Source: a virus. Taken from it: a stretch of DNA of 64,000 bases. The stretch is from IMG/VR virus record IMGVR_UViG_3300017748_000001, positions 32,001 to 96,000 of that record. The stretch is one strand, 5' to 3'. Of the stretch, positions 1 through 9,690 are shown one piece after another; positions within the stretch are counted from its first letter, which is position 1, and every line of letters starts with the position of its first letter. The notes under the pieces are model-generated. The model saw only the letters and a list, made by a program, of their open reading frames with translations, searched no databases and was not told the DNA's origin. A program made the position numbers and the translations under genes.

Positions 1-300
1 ACGAACATCAAAGAAACTTTTAGAATATCCGTCTGTCTTATCAAATAAAGGTAGAACTCTTTTGACACCAACAATCGCATCGTTGAGCTCGATGTATCCG
101 TTTGTGATATTATCCTGAGTGACTTGATGTTTTAGATAAACCTTTTCTACCGCATCATAGTGATAGTCGCGATAGTGCTCAAACGCATCATCAACACGAT
201 CATCTACTTGTTCGTCGGCTATGTTTATCTGGATTACAGGTTTGCCCAATTTTCTGAGACAGTATTCTTTGAATTCACTTCTGCTGGTTATTGCAGGCAT
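1..300 (-). CDS. gp13: Neck protein gp13, N-terminal part (runs off the left edge)
   Basis: Not in the ORF track. Manual translation from ATG at 300: MPAITSRSEFKEYCLRKLGKPVIQINIADEQVDDRVDDAFEHYRDYHYDAVEKVYLKHQVT..., the typical N-terminus of T4-like gp13. A late promoter lies at 325-332. Confidence 0.9.
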   Translation of the reverse strand, partial: MPAITSRSEFKEYCLRKLGKPVIQINIADEQVDDRVDDAFEHYRDYHYDAVEKVYLKHQVTQDNITNGYIELNDAIVGVKRVLPLFDKTDGYSKSFFDVR

Positions 301-324
301 ACTAATACTCCTATTCTATAAGAG

Positions 325-332
325 TATTTATA
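325..332 (-). promoter_or_regulatory. T4-type late promoter TATAAATA for gp13
   Basis: TATTTATA on the + strand, intergenic, 24 nt upstream of the gp13 ATG. Confidence 0.8.
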
Positions 333-335
333 TTT

Positions 336-1355
336 TTAGGATTTCCTTCTTTTTCTTGGTTTGTAAAAAGGAAACTTAATAACCTCTGAGTCTAGGTTTA
401 TTTGATGTTTTTCGAAGGTTTCTTCGTTGAGATCTATCTTCTCTATACGAGCATTGACAGGAAATTCCTCCATAGGAAACTCTTTCATTCTCTGAAAGAA
501 CATACCTTCGACATTGAACTCAAGATCCGGATCTTCTTCAAACAATATATTCTGTCTCTCAGAGAAATACGATACATTATTACCTAGACATACCGGATAG
601 AATCTAAGGTTCTTATAATTAGAAGAGTATGTATAATGATCTAACTTAGTATATTTAGAGCTTTGATTGTCGTATAAGAATATCTCGTTATTTGAGTTGA
701 TAGATACTTCATAATCTCCAAAGAAGAACTTCTTATCCTTGAATGCAAATCTGGGGATAGATACATCGAAGATACATACGCCAAGATTGGTGTTGATAAC
801 CAGAGAAATCTTATTCTCTTCTTTAGTTCCTATCTCTACATTCTTGATGATTTTGTTTCTTAATTTAATCTTTCTTGCGGATTGGAAATTATTAGAAACA
901 ATTATGATTTCACTTTGAGTGATAAAGAAGTTGTAATAGCTCTTTCCAAAGATCGCAGTCTTTGATTCTACCAGAGAATCTATTTTAAGACTAGAGGAAT
1001 TAATCCAAGCTTTCTTTCTGGCGTGACTATAATTAAGAAGCGATATGGTGTTGTTAAATACTATCGGAAAAGTATTTGTCTTTTGTTTCTCTTGAAAAAA
1101 AGTTCCAAATGTGTTAGTATTGCGAGTTCTATATTTGTACTCTATCTTGTCATTTGGAGAATAGAAAAAAAGAGATTCTTTTTTGTTTCCAATACAGAAC
1201 CCCCCTTTGTTATCATAGTTGAGGGAAAATGCGAAATTATTATCAACCTTGATGGGAAAGTTACATTCATATTTCGATGTTAACTTCTCGCCATCAAGAT
1301 TGTAATAATCATCCAAGTAGTTTATTGAGTCTTCACTCAGCGTCAATTCTTTCAT
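336..1355 (-). CDS. Hypothetical protein (339 aa), K/N/F/I-rich, basic C-terminal tail
   Basis: Long ORF filling the gap between gp13 and the adhesin operon. No recognisable motif. It has its own TATAAATA 6 nt upstream of the ATG. Confidence 0.7.
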   Translation of the reverse strand: MKELTLSEDSINYLDDYYNLDGEKLTSKYECNFPIKVDNNFAFSLNYDNKGGFCIGNKKESLFFYSPNDKIEYKYRTRNTNTFGTFFQEKQKTNTFPIVFNNTISLLNYSHARKKAWINSSSLKIDSLVESKTAIFGKSYYNFFITQSEIIIVSNNFQSARKIKLRNKIIKNVEIGTKEENKISLVINTNLGVCIFDVSIPRFAFKDKKFFFGDYEVSINSNNEIFLYDNQSSKYTKLDHYTYSSNYKNLRFYPVCLGNNVSYFSERQNILFEEDPDLEFNVEGMFFQRMKEFPMEEFPVNARIEKIDLNEETFEKHQINLDSEVIKFPFYKPRKRRKS

Positions 1356-1361
1356 AAAGAA

Positions 1362-1369
1362 TATTTATA
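1362..1369 (-). promoter_or_regulatory. T4-type late promoter TATAAATA
   Basis: TATTTATA on the + strand in the 26-nt gap between two CDSs. Confidence 0.7.
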
Positions 1370-1381
1370 TTGTATTATTAA

Positions 1382-3634
1382 CTACGGTTTCCAAATATAT
1401 GCGGAGGGATACCCATCTTCCCCACCATACTGGACACTATAACTAGATCCATATTTTCCAGTTACTGCAATAAAATCTCCTTGGACATATACTGCAGGAG
1501 CGTGACCTATAGGATATGTAAACATCCATGCATTTACGAGTGTATGAACTATACTTCCATCCGATGCACTATAAATGTCAACATCTCTTGTGTTAGCTCG
1601 ACCTGCCACAACTACATTTCCATCAAATGCAATCCCTCTGCCGAGCTGATATGCTCCATCCGATCTAGTAATATTCCCATATCCATAGTTTTGTGGGTGT
1701 TCTATTTCTGTTATCATGTTTCCGTTTGTTAGATCAAATATGTATATCTTTCCGCCTCTCTCATACCAACTATTCGTTTGAGTAAAGTCTGATCCATTCC
1801 AACCGCCAGTACCGCTTGGATGATCTGTACTAGTATAGTTTCCTGGCGAACCCACAGCAAGTTTATCTCCAACCACTACCATACTATTAAATTCAAAATT
1901 ACCCAGTCCGTCTTGTGAACCTCCCCCAAAGTATGCATAGTGAGCCTTAGATCCACCACCAACAGGAACTTTCGCCCCACTGTAGTCTGGATTATTTAAC
2001 GTATGTAATAATGTTGGAGATGCTGGATTGCTTATGTCGTATACATAAACCACCCCAACGTAAAAATGATTGTCTGCCGGGCCATCGCCCGATGCCGCAA
2101 CACACAAATATTGATTATTCATTACCATATTATCACCAAAATAATCGGAGTGTGTCGTATTACCGCCCGTTTGCCTAGCTGCAGAACTGGAGTGAGTCAA
2201 GTCAGTAATATGATTTCCGGTAGAGTTTTCAAATATTTTAACTGTTCCTGAGTTGTCATTGGTGTTAACTCTTGCCACTGCAGAGTGTGTATCGTTTACT
2301 GCAACCGCCCGACCAAAGTTTCCGACTTGAGATGCCAGAGGATCGTCCAATGTTACATATGAATTTGTGTCTGTGTTATATACATATGCTCTACCAGCCT
2401 TTGTGTATGAGTTAGCTATAGGAACCCATTCTTCTTTTGCACCAACTACAACATATCGACCATTAGGAGAGGCATCTATTTTATCGCCAAATCTATCTCC
2501 ATTTGTCTGATCAGAACTGTCCGGATACTGATTTGGATTTACAAATCCCCAGTGATCCGAATATGGATAGCCATCTAATCCGGAGGAAGAATCTAACTTC
2601 ACCCCCATAACTATACCTCTAGTGTCCGATCCTTTTTTTACTGTAGGATCTGCAAAAACAATCCAGTGTTCACCATTTTTTTCATAAGAACAAAATGATG
2701 TTGTTTTGTCGCCGTTTGGAAATTGGCCAATATTGCCAAAGATATTAAACCCACCCTGTTGATATAAGTGAAAAATACCATTTCTCTTATCTTCGCCAAT
2801 CAACGTAGGACTACTCCAATCAGTTCCAAAAGCTAGTGAGAAACTTGATGGTGTTGTTGCAACATTCACAGAGTCATCTGCAGAGAATGTTAATTCGAAT
2901 GTTGCAGGATTAGATGCGTGTGGAGTGACAGTGAACACATTGTCGCTCTGAGAAACCGTGGTTCCATTCAATGCACCAGAAGTTACTGAATGCGAAAACG
3001 ATACAGGGTCATTCTCTGGGTCTACTGCAGTCAATGTGATAACTGTAGCGGTTCCGTCCGTTGCAAGCGTATATGATGCGTCATTTCCTGATACTGTTGG
3101 TGCAGTGTTAATCAATGCAACAGCATACCAACCGTCTGCAGTTCTAATATATAATTTATTATTAGATTGGACAACCGCTTGATCTCCTGCACTTGCGTCA
3201 GTAGGAAGATCTCCGACTGTTGCGACAACTTGGAGTGCAGAAGAAGTCGGCGCAGTATATGAAACCACACCACTGTCATACGACAAATCTCCAGAGACAC
3301 TTATTGCTGGTTGTACGTTTGCTGCTTTGAGAAACTTATTGCCGCCTTCTGTAACATTGTCTGATGTACTGACTCTACCCATATCTGCATTGCCAGATCT
3401 CAACTCTTTAAGACCTTCTGACATTTCTACGAGTTCATCTACGGATGCAGCAGGAATCGCAGCAGCCATCTGAGTATCAATATCAGTTTCTACTTCTGCG
3501 TCATCTGTGAGTCCCACAAATCTGGCGGACTTAGCAAGTCTACCTAGATCTCTTGGTGTTTGACCAGCTTGGACTCGGTTTCTAATACGAGTCTTCATGT
3601 TAGTCTTTGAGTTTTCTAAATTACTATTAGGCAT
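1382..3634 (-). CDS. Putative adhesin/receptor-binding protein: shared N-terminal module, class A stalk, cadherin-like Ig domain, divergent FG-GAP-like beta-propeller
   Basis: N-terminus aligns with five neighbouring paralogs. NTAPTV...TLTAVDPENDPVSF is cadherin/Big-like. The C-terminal half has FGD..DAS..G.YVVVGA...GRAYVY and FGRAVAV...G.V.IF blades. Confidence 0.65.
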   Translation of the reverse strand: MPNSNLENSKTNMKTRIRNRVQAGQTPRDLGRLAKSARFVGLTDDAEVETDIDTQMAAAIPAASVDELVEMSEGLKELRSGNADMGRVSTSDNVTEGGNKFLKAANVQPAISVSGDLSYDSGVVSYTAPTSSALQVVATVGDLPTDASAGDQAVVQSNNKLYIRTADGWYAVALINTAPTVSGNDASYTLATDGTATVITLTAVDPENDPVSFSHSVTSGALNGTTVSQSDNVFTVTPHASNPATFELTFSADDSVNVATTPSSFSLAFGTDWSSPTLIGEDKRNGIFHLYQQGGFNIFGNIGQFPNGDKTTSFCSYEKNGEHWIVFADPTVKKGSDTRGIVMGVKLDSSSGLDGYPYSDHWGFVNPNQYPDSSDQTNGDRFGDKIDASPNGRYVVVGAKEEWVPIANSYTKAGRAYVYNTDTNSYVTLDDPLASQVGNFGRAVAVNDTHSAVARVNTNDNSGTVKIFENSTGNHITDLTHSSSAARQTGGNTTHSDYFGDNMVMNNQYLCVAASGDGPADNHFYVGVVYVYDISNPASPTLLHTLNNPDYSGAKVPVGGGSKAHYAYFGGGSQDGLGNFEFNSMVVVGDKLAVGSPGNYTSTDHPSGTGGWNGSDFTQTNSWYERGGKIYIFDLTNGNMITEIEHPQNYGYGNITRSDGAYQLGRGIAFDGNVVVAGRANTRDVDIYSASDGSIVHTLVNAWMFTYPIGHAPAVYVQGDFIAVTGKYGSSYSVQYGGEDGYPSAYIWKP

Positions 3635-3679
3635 TATTGTTTCCTATTCTGAATTAATCTGTTGTGCGTATAATATCGT

Positions 3680-5584
3680 TTAACCTAACGATACAGCGGA
3701 TCCAAACTTATGGACAAATCCACCATCGCTTGCAGTGACCTTAATTTCATTAGATCCACCTAAATCATAAATATAAATTGCCCCTGATTGGTTATCTATG
3801 CTACTGTCACCAAACGCGCCGACTACAATCTTGCCGTCTGCAACTCCTACGGAACTACCAAAGTACTGATAATCCGTACCGCTATTGGCCATGAGTTTAA
3901 CTTCATTATTTCCATTTAGATCGTAGATATAAACAGCACCGGCGTTAGTTCCATTCTCATCCTCGTTGCGTGCTCCCACAACAATTTTGCCTTCGCCGAC
4001 TGCAATTGCGTCTCCAAAATAATCTCCGTTTGCGGAATCACTTGCCTTGATGTGGACTTCATTGGAACCATCTAGGTTATAAACATGAACTGATCCAGAT
4101 TCATTATCATTGCGGTATGAACCAACAACGATCTTATTTTCGCCAACTGCAACCCTATATCCAAAGTATTCCCAAGCGGTCACGTCGGCCGAAGTTATCT
4201 TAAATTCATTAGAACCATCTAGATCATAGACATAAACTGATCCAGAGGCGCTTCCGTTATCATCATCTCCATATGCGCCAACAACGATCTTGTTGTTTCC
4301 AACTGCGACTGATTGGCCAAAGTTATCCGATTGAGCTCGATCACTGGCGATTATCTTGACTTCATTAGTTCCATCTAGATCATAAACATAAACGGCTCCA
4401 TTATCAAATCCGTTGCCATCATCGCTGAATGCCCCAACAACGATTTTGTTGTCTCCGCCTGCAACGGAATAACCAAACTCATCACTTTCCGCAGCATCGC
4501 TCGCGGTGATCTTGACTTCGTTAGTTCCATCTAGATCGTAGATATAAACGGCTCCAGAGTCGTTTCCGTTATCATCGTCTTTATTTGCCCCAACAATAAT
4601 CTTGCCGTCACTAACTGCAACTGAGTAACCAAACGAATCGTAGGCCCCAGCGTCACTTGCGGCAATTTTTACTTCATTAGTTCCATCTAGATCGTAAACA
4701 TAAACGGCTCCTGCGCTTGTCTGGCCATTGGCATCTGCATAATAAGCGCCAACAACAATCTTCGCAGGAACTACAAATTGCACCGTAAATTCTGAAGTTG
4801 TATCTGTGATATTTGTTCCGTCACTTGCTCTAAATGTTAATGTGAAAGGAGCAGTATCGTTAGTATCAGAACTTCCTGTGATTGTGAAGACATTACCTGA
4901 TTGTGATACCGTAGAACCTCCCAAAGACCCGGCAGATACCACATGAGAAAATGTGATAGGATCTCCTTGAGGATCAGTAGCAGACAAGGTAATAACTGTA
5001 TCGCCGCCAGGGCTTAATGTATAAGTACCATCTGGAGTTGTTGTGAAACTTGGTTTCTGATCTACAAGACCTACACCAACCCAAGATGCACCTGTGAAGA
5101 TATAGAGTTTCTTATTTTCTTCTACAATTCCTTTCGCGCCAGCTGCGACTCCGCTTGAAGGTAAATCTGCAACTGTCGCATAAACAGTCAATGCATCGGG
5201 AAGCGCGGTATAAGATAGAACTCCAGTTCCGGAATTGTATGATAAATCTCCAGCAGCACTAAATGAACTTCTGACTCTTGAGTCAGTCACATAGAGATTG
5301 CTAGAACCTTCTGGGATCATACTAGAAACTGGATCTGTTGCAGTCGTTTCAGTTCTTAATTTTTTAACACCGAATGCAAGTTTCTCAATATCTTCAGTAG
5401 ATGCACTAGTCGCCATCGCAGATACTTTTGTATCCAACGCAGTTTCTAGATCTGCATCATCGTCTAGGTTCGCTTTTTCTATTGTTCTAGATAACTTGAC
5501 AATTTGATCCGCATTTGTAGCACTACCTAATGCTGCGAGTAGTTTTGTCTTGAGAGTGTCTCTTGCGGTAAACGTATTAGCCAT
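3680..5584 (-). CDS. Putative adhesin: shared N-terminal module, class A stalk, cadherin-like domain, 7-bladed FG-GAP (integrin-alpha-like) propeller
   Basis: Seven consecutive blades KIVVGA..DDDNG..SGAVYVYDLDG(T/S)NEVKI.ASD....FG.SVAV, and a DPQGDP Ig motif. Confidence 0.8.
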   Translation of the reverse strand: MANTFTARDTLKTKLLAALGSATNADQIVKLSRTIEKANLDDDADLETALDTKVSAMATSASTEDIEKLAFGVKKLRTETTATDPVSSMIPEGSSNLYVTDSRVRSSFSAAGDLSYNSGTGVLSYTALPDALTVYATVADLPSSGVAAGAKGIVEENKKLYIFTGASWVGVGLVDQKPSFTTTPDGTYTLSPGGDTVITLSATDPQGDPITFSHVVSAGSLGGSTVSQSGNVFTITGSSDTNDTAPFTLTFRASDGTNITDTTSEFTVQFVVPAKIVVGAYYADANGQTSAGAVYVYDLDGTNEVKIAASDAGAYDSFGYSVAVSDGKIIVGANKDDDNGNDSGAVYIYDLDGTNEVKITASDAAESDEFGYSVAGGDNKIVVGAFSDDGNGFDNGAVYVYDLDGTNEVKIIASDRAQSDNFGQSVAVGNNKIVVGAYGDDDNGSASGSVYVYDLDGSNEFKITSADVTAWEYFGYRVAVGENKIVVGSYRNDNESGSVHVYNLDGSNEVHIKASDSANGDYFGDAIAVGEGKIVVGARNEDENGTNAGAVYIYDLNGNNEVKLMANSGTDYQYFGSSVGVADGKIVVGAFGDSSIDNQSGAIYIYDLGGSNEIKVTASDGGFVHKFGSAVSLG

Positions 5585-5588
5585 TTAA

Positions 5589-8500
5589 TTATTCTCCTTT
5601 GAATACATAGATTGCGCCAACATTATTTTGACTTGCATGATCTTCGCCTTTTGCGGAGATTGCTATGAAAGTTCCTGATATTGCAACTTCGGAACCAAAT
5701 CTATCATCAGTTCCCCCACCAGAATATACATTTGGATCTTCAATGGTATGCAATAGATTTCCTGATACTACATCATAGAGGTAACACTTACCAGAGTCTG
5801 CTCCTCCGGCTCCAGTCTCATACCATGCACTAACTATTGCAGTTTGACCTTCGACATCAACTGACCAGCCCATGTAATCTACTTCAGTTCCACTGTCCGG
5901 ATTCGGGTTGTCAATGGTGTGTAAGAGTGTTCCTGTTGCGACATTGTAGAAGTACGCCTTACCAGAACCAGACCCTACAGCAGCGTCAGATTCGCCGAAA
6001 GCACCCACTACAAGATAGTTTCCATCAATCGCGCAGTCAATTCCGAAGTTATCCAGAGCACTTGTTCCGTGTGCATTAGGATTGACAAATGTATGAAGTA
6101 AACTACCAGCGTCCACAGTATAAACATATGCGACACCTGAGTTACTACCATCTGCAGCATCTTCTTCTACGGTAGAAACTACCATAAAGTTTCCAGAAAT
6201 ATCAACTACCTGTCCGAATTGATCCGGAGTAGATCCGTATACATTTGGATTTGTCAGTGTGTGTAGAATCGCACCTGTCGATGTAGAACAGATATATGCT
6301 TTATCCTGATTATATCCACCGACTACGATATAGTCTCCGTCAATCTTTACAGAGTGACCGAACATCGCACCAGAATCTGGGCCAGTGATAGTTCTCAGAA
6401 GTGTTCCTGTCATATCGTAGACATATACTTGATCTTGATCTCTATTACCAAGAACAACATGAGTACCATCTGTACCGACAGAGTTTCTTCTTCCGAAACT
6501 TCCTGCCGTTAATGGATTAGGATTGTTTATGGTCGCAGTAACATTTCCAGATACAGTATCTATGATATATGCTGATCCGTAACCACTGTATGCTTTGTCT
6601 ACTCCAAGAACGGTATGCGTTTCTGTCATATCTACTGCGAGATCTGACTCCCCCGTAGTTCCACTAGTAATATCGTACACACTCTTACCAGCCGTCTGGA
6701 GCAATGTTAACGGACTCCAATCTACTGGTGTGGATGAGCTAGAAGAACCACTGGAACTTCCAGCACTTTGTACCATTGCAACTGCTCGACCAAATTGATC
6801 GTTTGCTGCGCCATCACTTGCGGTGATTTTAACTTCATTAGTTCCATCTAGATCATAAACATATACTGATCCGGAATTATTGCCGCCATCGTCATCTTGA
6901 TTAGCCCCAACAAGGATCTTGTTGTTTCCAATTGCAACTGAGATACCGAACTGGTCATCGAATGCACCATCACTTGCTGTCAGTTTTGTGGGTGTTGCAG
7001 ATAAATTACTTGCGTCATATACATAAACGGCCCCAGCGGCATTTGCGACAGTAGAATCTCCTCGAGCACCAACTACGATGTGGGTAGAAGAAACTGCAAT
7101 CGATATTCCAAATTTGTCACTAGCAACACCTTCGCTCAACTTAGTCGGTTGTGCAGATAAATTACTTGCGTCATATACATAAATCGCACCAGTCGAGAAT
7201 TCTACCCCAGAAGAAACAACAATATAATCGTCATTTGCTGCTAGAATCAACCCAAACTTCTTATCGGAAGAACCATCAAACGCAGTTAGTTTGGTGGGTG
7301 TTGCAGATAAATTACTTGAGTCATATACATAAACCGATCCAGAATTCCCTCCGACATCATCGTCCTCTGGAGATCCTATTACGAGTTTATTGGAGGTTAT
7401 AGAAATAGATGCTCCGAAATCATCTCCATCTGCCACGTCAGCTGCCACTAGTTTTGTAGGTGTTGATGTTAAATCACTTACTTCGTATACATATACCGCA
7501 CCTTTGCCGTTTGTCGAACCGGAATTACGAGCACCAACAGCAAGTTTACCCTCACCTAACGCAACTACGTTTCCGAAAAAATCGTAGTTAGAACTGTCAT
7601 TTGATGTTATCTTAACTTCATTAGAACCATCTAGATCGTAGACATAAACAGAACCAGACGAGGCCCCGTTGTCGTCATCGTTCCGAGCTCCGATAGCGAC
7701 CTTTCCGTCATCAACTGCAACTGTCCATCCAAAGCTGTCTTCTGCTGCACCATCGCTCGCCGTGATTTTGACTTCATTAGTTCCATCTAGATCATAAACA
7801 TAAACAGAACCAGACGCAGCACCGTTATCATTGTCTCTCCATGAACCAACAATCATCTTATAAGTAACTGTAGAACCACCGGAACTTTCTTCAGAACTAC
7901 CGCTAGAACTTCCAGCACTTTGTACCATCGCAACTGAAGACCCGAATCGATAATCTGATCCCGCGTCATGTGCTGTTACTTTGGTTGCAGCCGCAGAGAG
8001 ATCAGATAAATCAAATATATACGCAGATCCACTATTGTTTACAACATCGTCATCTGTCTGGGAACCAACAATAAGTCTATCTGAATTTATAGAAATTGAT
8101 CCGGTTCTTGCGAATTGGTCATAATCAGATCCGTCAAATGCAGTCACTTTGGTCGGTTGAGCAGATAAATCACTTGCGTCATATACATATACGGCCCCAC
8201 TCATATCACCGTTGTCGGTATCTTCGTGCGTCCCAATGGCAATATAATCATCACTTGCCGCGACTGATGCACCAAATCGATGGCCGATGAAAGTATCATA
8301 TGCTGTTAGTTTTGTGGGAGATGCAGATAAATTACTCGCATCGTATACATAAGCTGCCCCGCTTACATTCCCAACTGTGGAATCATACCAGGCACCAACT
8401 ACAATATGATTAGAAGATACTGCTATAGAAACTGCAAATTTATCACTAGCGACACCCTCGGTTAACTTAGTTGGTTGTGCAGATAGATCGTTTGCATCGA

Positions 8501-9635
8501 AAACATAAACTGAACCAGTCGCGTTATCAAATCCAGCAGAAACAACAATGTAATCATCACTTGCCGCTACCAATGCACCAAATTTCTGATCGCCAGAACC
8601 ATCAAATGCTGTCAGTTTTGTAGGAGTTGCAGACAAATCAGATGTATCGAATACATAAACAGATCCGGAATTGTTGCCGAGGTCGTCGTCTTCTGGAGCA
8701 CCTACTACCAGTTTATTCGAAGAAGCAGCAATGCTTTTTCCAAACGAATCGTCATTTTGTCTATCGTGTGCTATTAGTTTTGTCGGCGCAGCGGTTAAAT
8801 CGCTTACATCGTATGCGTATACCGCACCCATACCACTGGTATCTCCATGAGCCCCGGCAAAAATAAATTCAGAATTTGCCGCAACATAAAGACCAAATCT
8901 GTCTCCGCTATCAATGCCCGCAGGAGTTAATTTAGTTGCTTGAGCAGATAAATCACTTGCGTCATACACATAAATTCCACTAGCACCATAATAACTATTC
9001 TGGTTTCCGACAACCATTAAAGTCGTCGCAGCACTAGAGCTTCCACCTCCAGATGATGCTGCGACTACAGCTGCAGTCTTCCATTCTGATCCGTCCCAGT
9101 ATTTGAGTTGAGATGCCTGAACATCAAAGACAACTTCCCCAGCACTTGCAGATGCTGGTAAATTTTGTGTTAGTGAGTATTGGGGAATATCAAATGCTCT
9201 TGAAGAGTTTTCGAATTTGCCGCTGACACTATTATATACAAGTGTCTGATCATTCTCTATAGTGGACAGCTGAACCTGTTGAAGTCCACCCATAGTGACT
9301 CCGCCCCAGTTTTTTGCAGTTCCATTCGTAGAAAAGAATTTTCCAGAATGACCAGATTGAGCACCAATAAACTCTCCCGATACGGAAGCAGTTTGTGGTT
9401 CTAACATATTTCCGATTGCCTTTCCAATCTTTTTCAAGTCAGATGCAGTCGCAGTTCCAGCAATTGCTGCTGCTCTGGTGTTGATTGCAACTTCTAGTGC
9501 TGCGTTTTCTGATTGTTCAAGACTTGGAGCAACTCTGGATATTTTTTGTAACTCATCCGCAGAGGCCGTTTGCGCGACCTCTGATGCTCTTTCACTAATT
9601 GATGTTATCGACGTTGATAGTTGTGCGTCAGCCAT
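5589..9635 (-). CDS. Putative adhesin: shared N-terminal module, class B stalk, three tandem FG-GAP beta-propellers
   Basis: Blades counted by eye as 7 + 7 + about 7, separated by two AMVQSAGSSSGSS serine-rich linkers. Confidence 0.8.
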   Translation of the reverse strand: MADAQLSTSITSISERASEVAQTASADELQKISRVAPSLEQSENAALEVAINTRAAAIAGTATASDLKKIGKAIGNMLEPQTASVSGEFIGAQSGHSGKFFSTNGTAKNWGGVTMGGLQQVQLSTIENDQTLVYNSVSGKFENSSRAFDIPQYSLTQNLPASASAGEVVFDVQASQLKYWDGSEWKTAAVVAASSGGGSSSAATTLMVVGNQNSYYGASGIYVYDASDLSAQATKLTPAGIDSGDRFGLYVAANSEFIFAGAHGDTSGMGAVYAYDVSDLTAAPTKLIAHDRQNDDSFGKSIAASSNKLVVGAPEDDDLGNNSGSVYVFDTSDLSATPTKLTAFDGSGDQKFGALVAASDDYIVVSAGFDNATGSVYVFDANDLSAQPTKLTEGVASDKFAVSIAVSSNHIVVGAWYDSTVGNVSGAAYVYDASNLSASPTKLTAYDTFIGHRFGASVAASDDYIAIGTHEDTDNGDMSGAVYVYDASDLSAQPTKVTAFDGSDYDQFARTGSISINSDRLIVGSQTDDDVVNNSGSAYIFDLSDLSAAATKVTAHDAGSDYRFGSSVAMVQSAGSSSGSSEESSGGSTVTYKMIVGSWRDNDNGAASGSVYVYDLDGTNEVKITASDGAAEDSFGWTVAVDDGKVAIGARNDDDNGASSGSVYVYDLDGSNEVKITSNDSSNYDFFGNVVALGEGKLAVGARNSGSTNGKGAVYVYEVSDLTSTPTKLVAADVADGDDFGASISITSNKLVIGSPEDDDVGGNSGSVYVYDSSNLSATPTKLTAFDGSSDKKFGLILAANDDYIVVSSGVEFSTGAIYVYDASNLSAQPTKLSEGVASDKFGISIAVSSTHIVVGARGDSTVANAAGAVYVYDASNLSATPTKLTASDGAFDDQFGISVAIGNNKILVGANQDDDGGNNSGSVYVYDLDGTNEVKITASDGAANDQFGRAVAMVQSAGSSSGSSSSSTPVDWSPLTLLQTAGKSVYDITSGTTGESDLAVDMTETHTVLGVDKAYSGYGSAYIIDTVSGNVTATINNPNPLTAGSFGRRNSVGTDGTHVVLGNRDQDQVYVYDMTGTLLRTITGPDSGAMFGHSVKIDGDYIVVGGYNQDKAYICSTSTGAILHTLTNPNVYGSTPDQFGQVVDISGNFMVVSTVEEDAADGSNSGVAYVYTVDAGSLLHTFVNPNAHGTSALDNFGIDCAIDGNYLVVGAFGESDAAVGSGSGKAYFYNVATGTLLHTIDNPNPDSGTEVDYMGWSVDVEGQTAIVSAWYETGAGGADSGKCYLYDVVSGNLLHTIEDPNVYSGGGTDDRFGSEVAISGTFIAISAKGEDHASQNNVGAIYVFKGE

Positions 9636-9690
9636 TCGGCAACTCCCTTAAATTACTTTGTTATTGACAGTATAAGGAACCAACCAAATA

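Noticed and set aside
336-1355. Homing endonuclease inserted before gp13
   Set aside because: No GIY-YIG, HNH or LAGLIDADG motif is visible.
3680-9635. Recent horizontal transfer of eukaryotic integrin
   Set aside because: FG-GAP repeats are widespread in bacteria and phages. The blades here are most similar to each other, and no other integrin domains are present.
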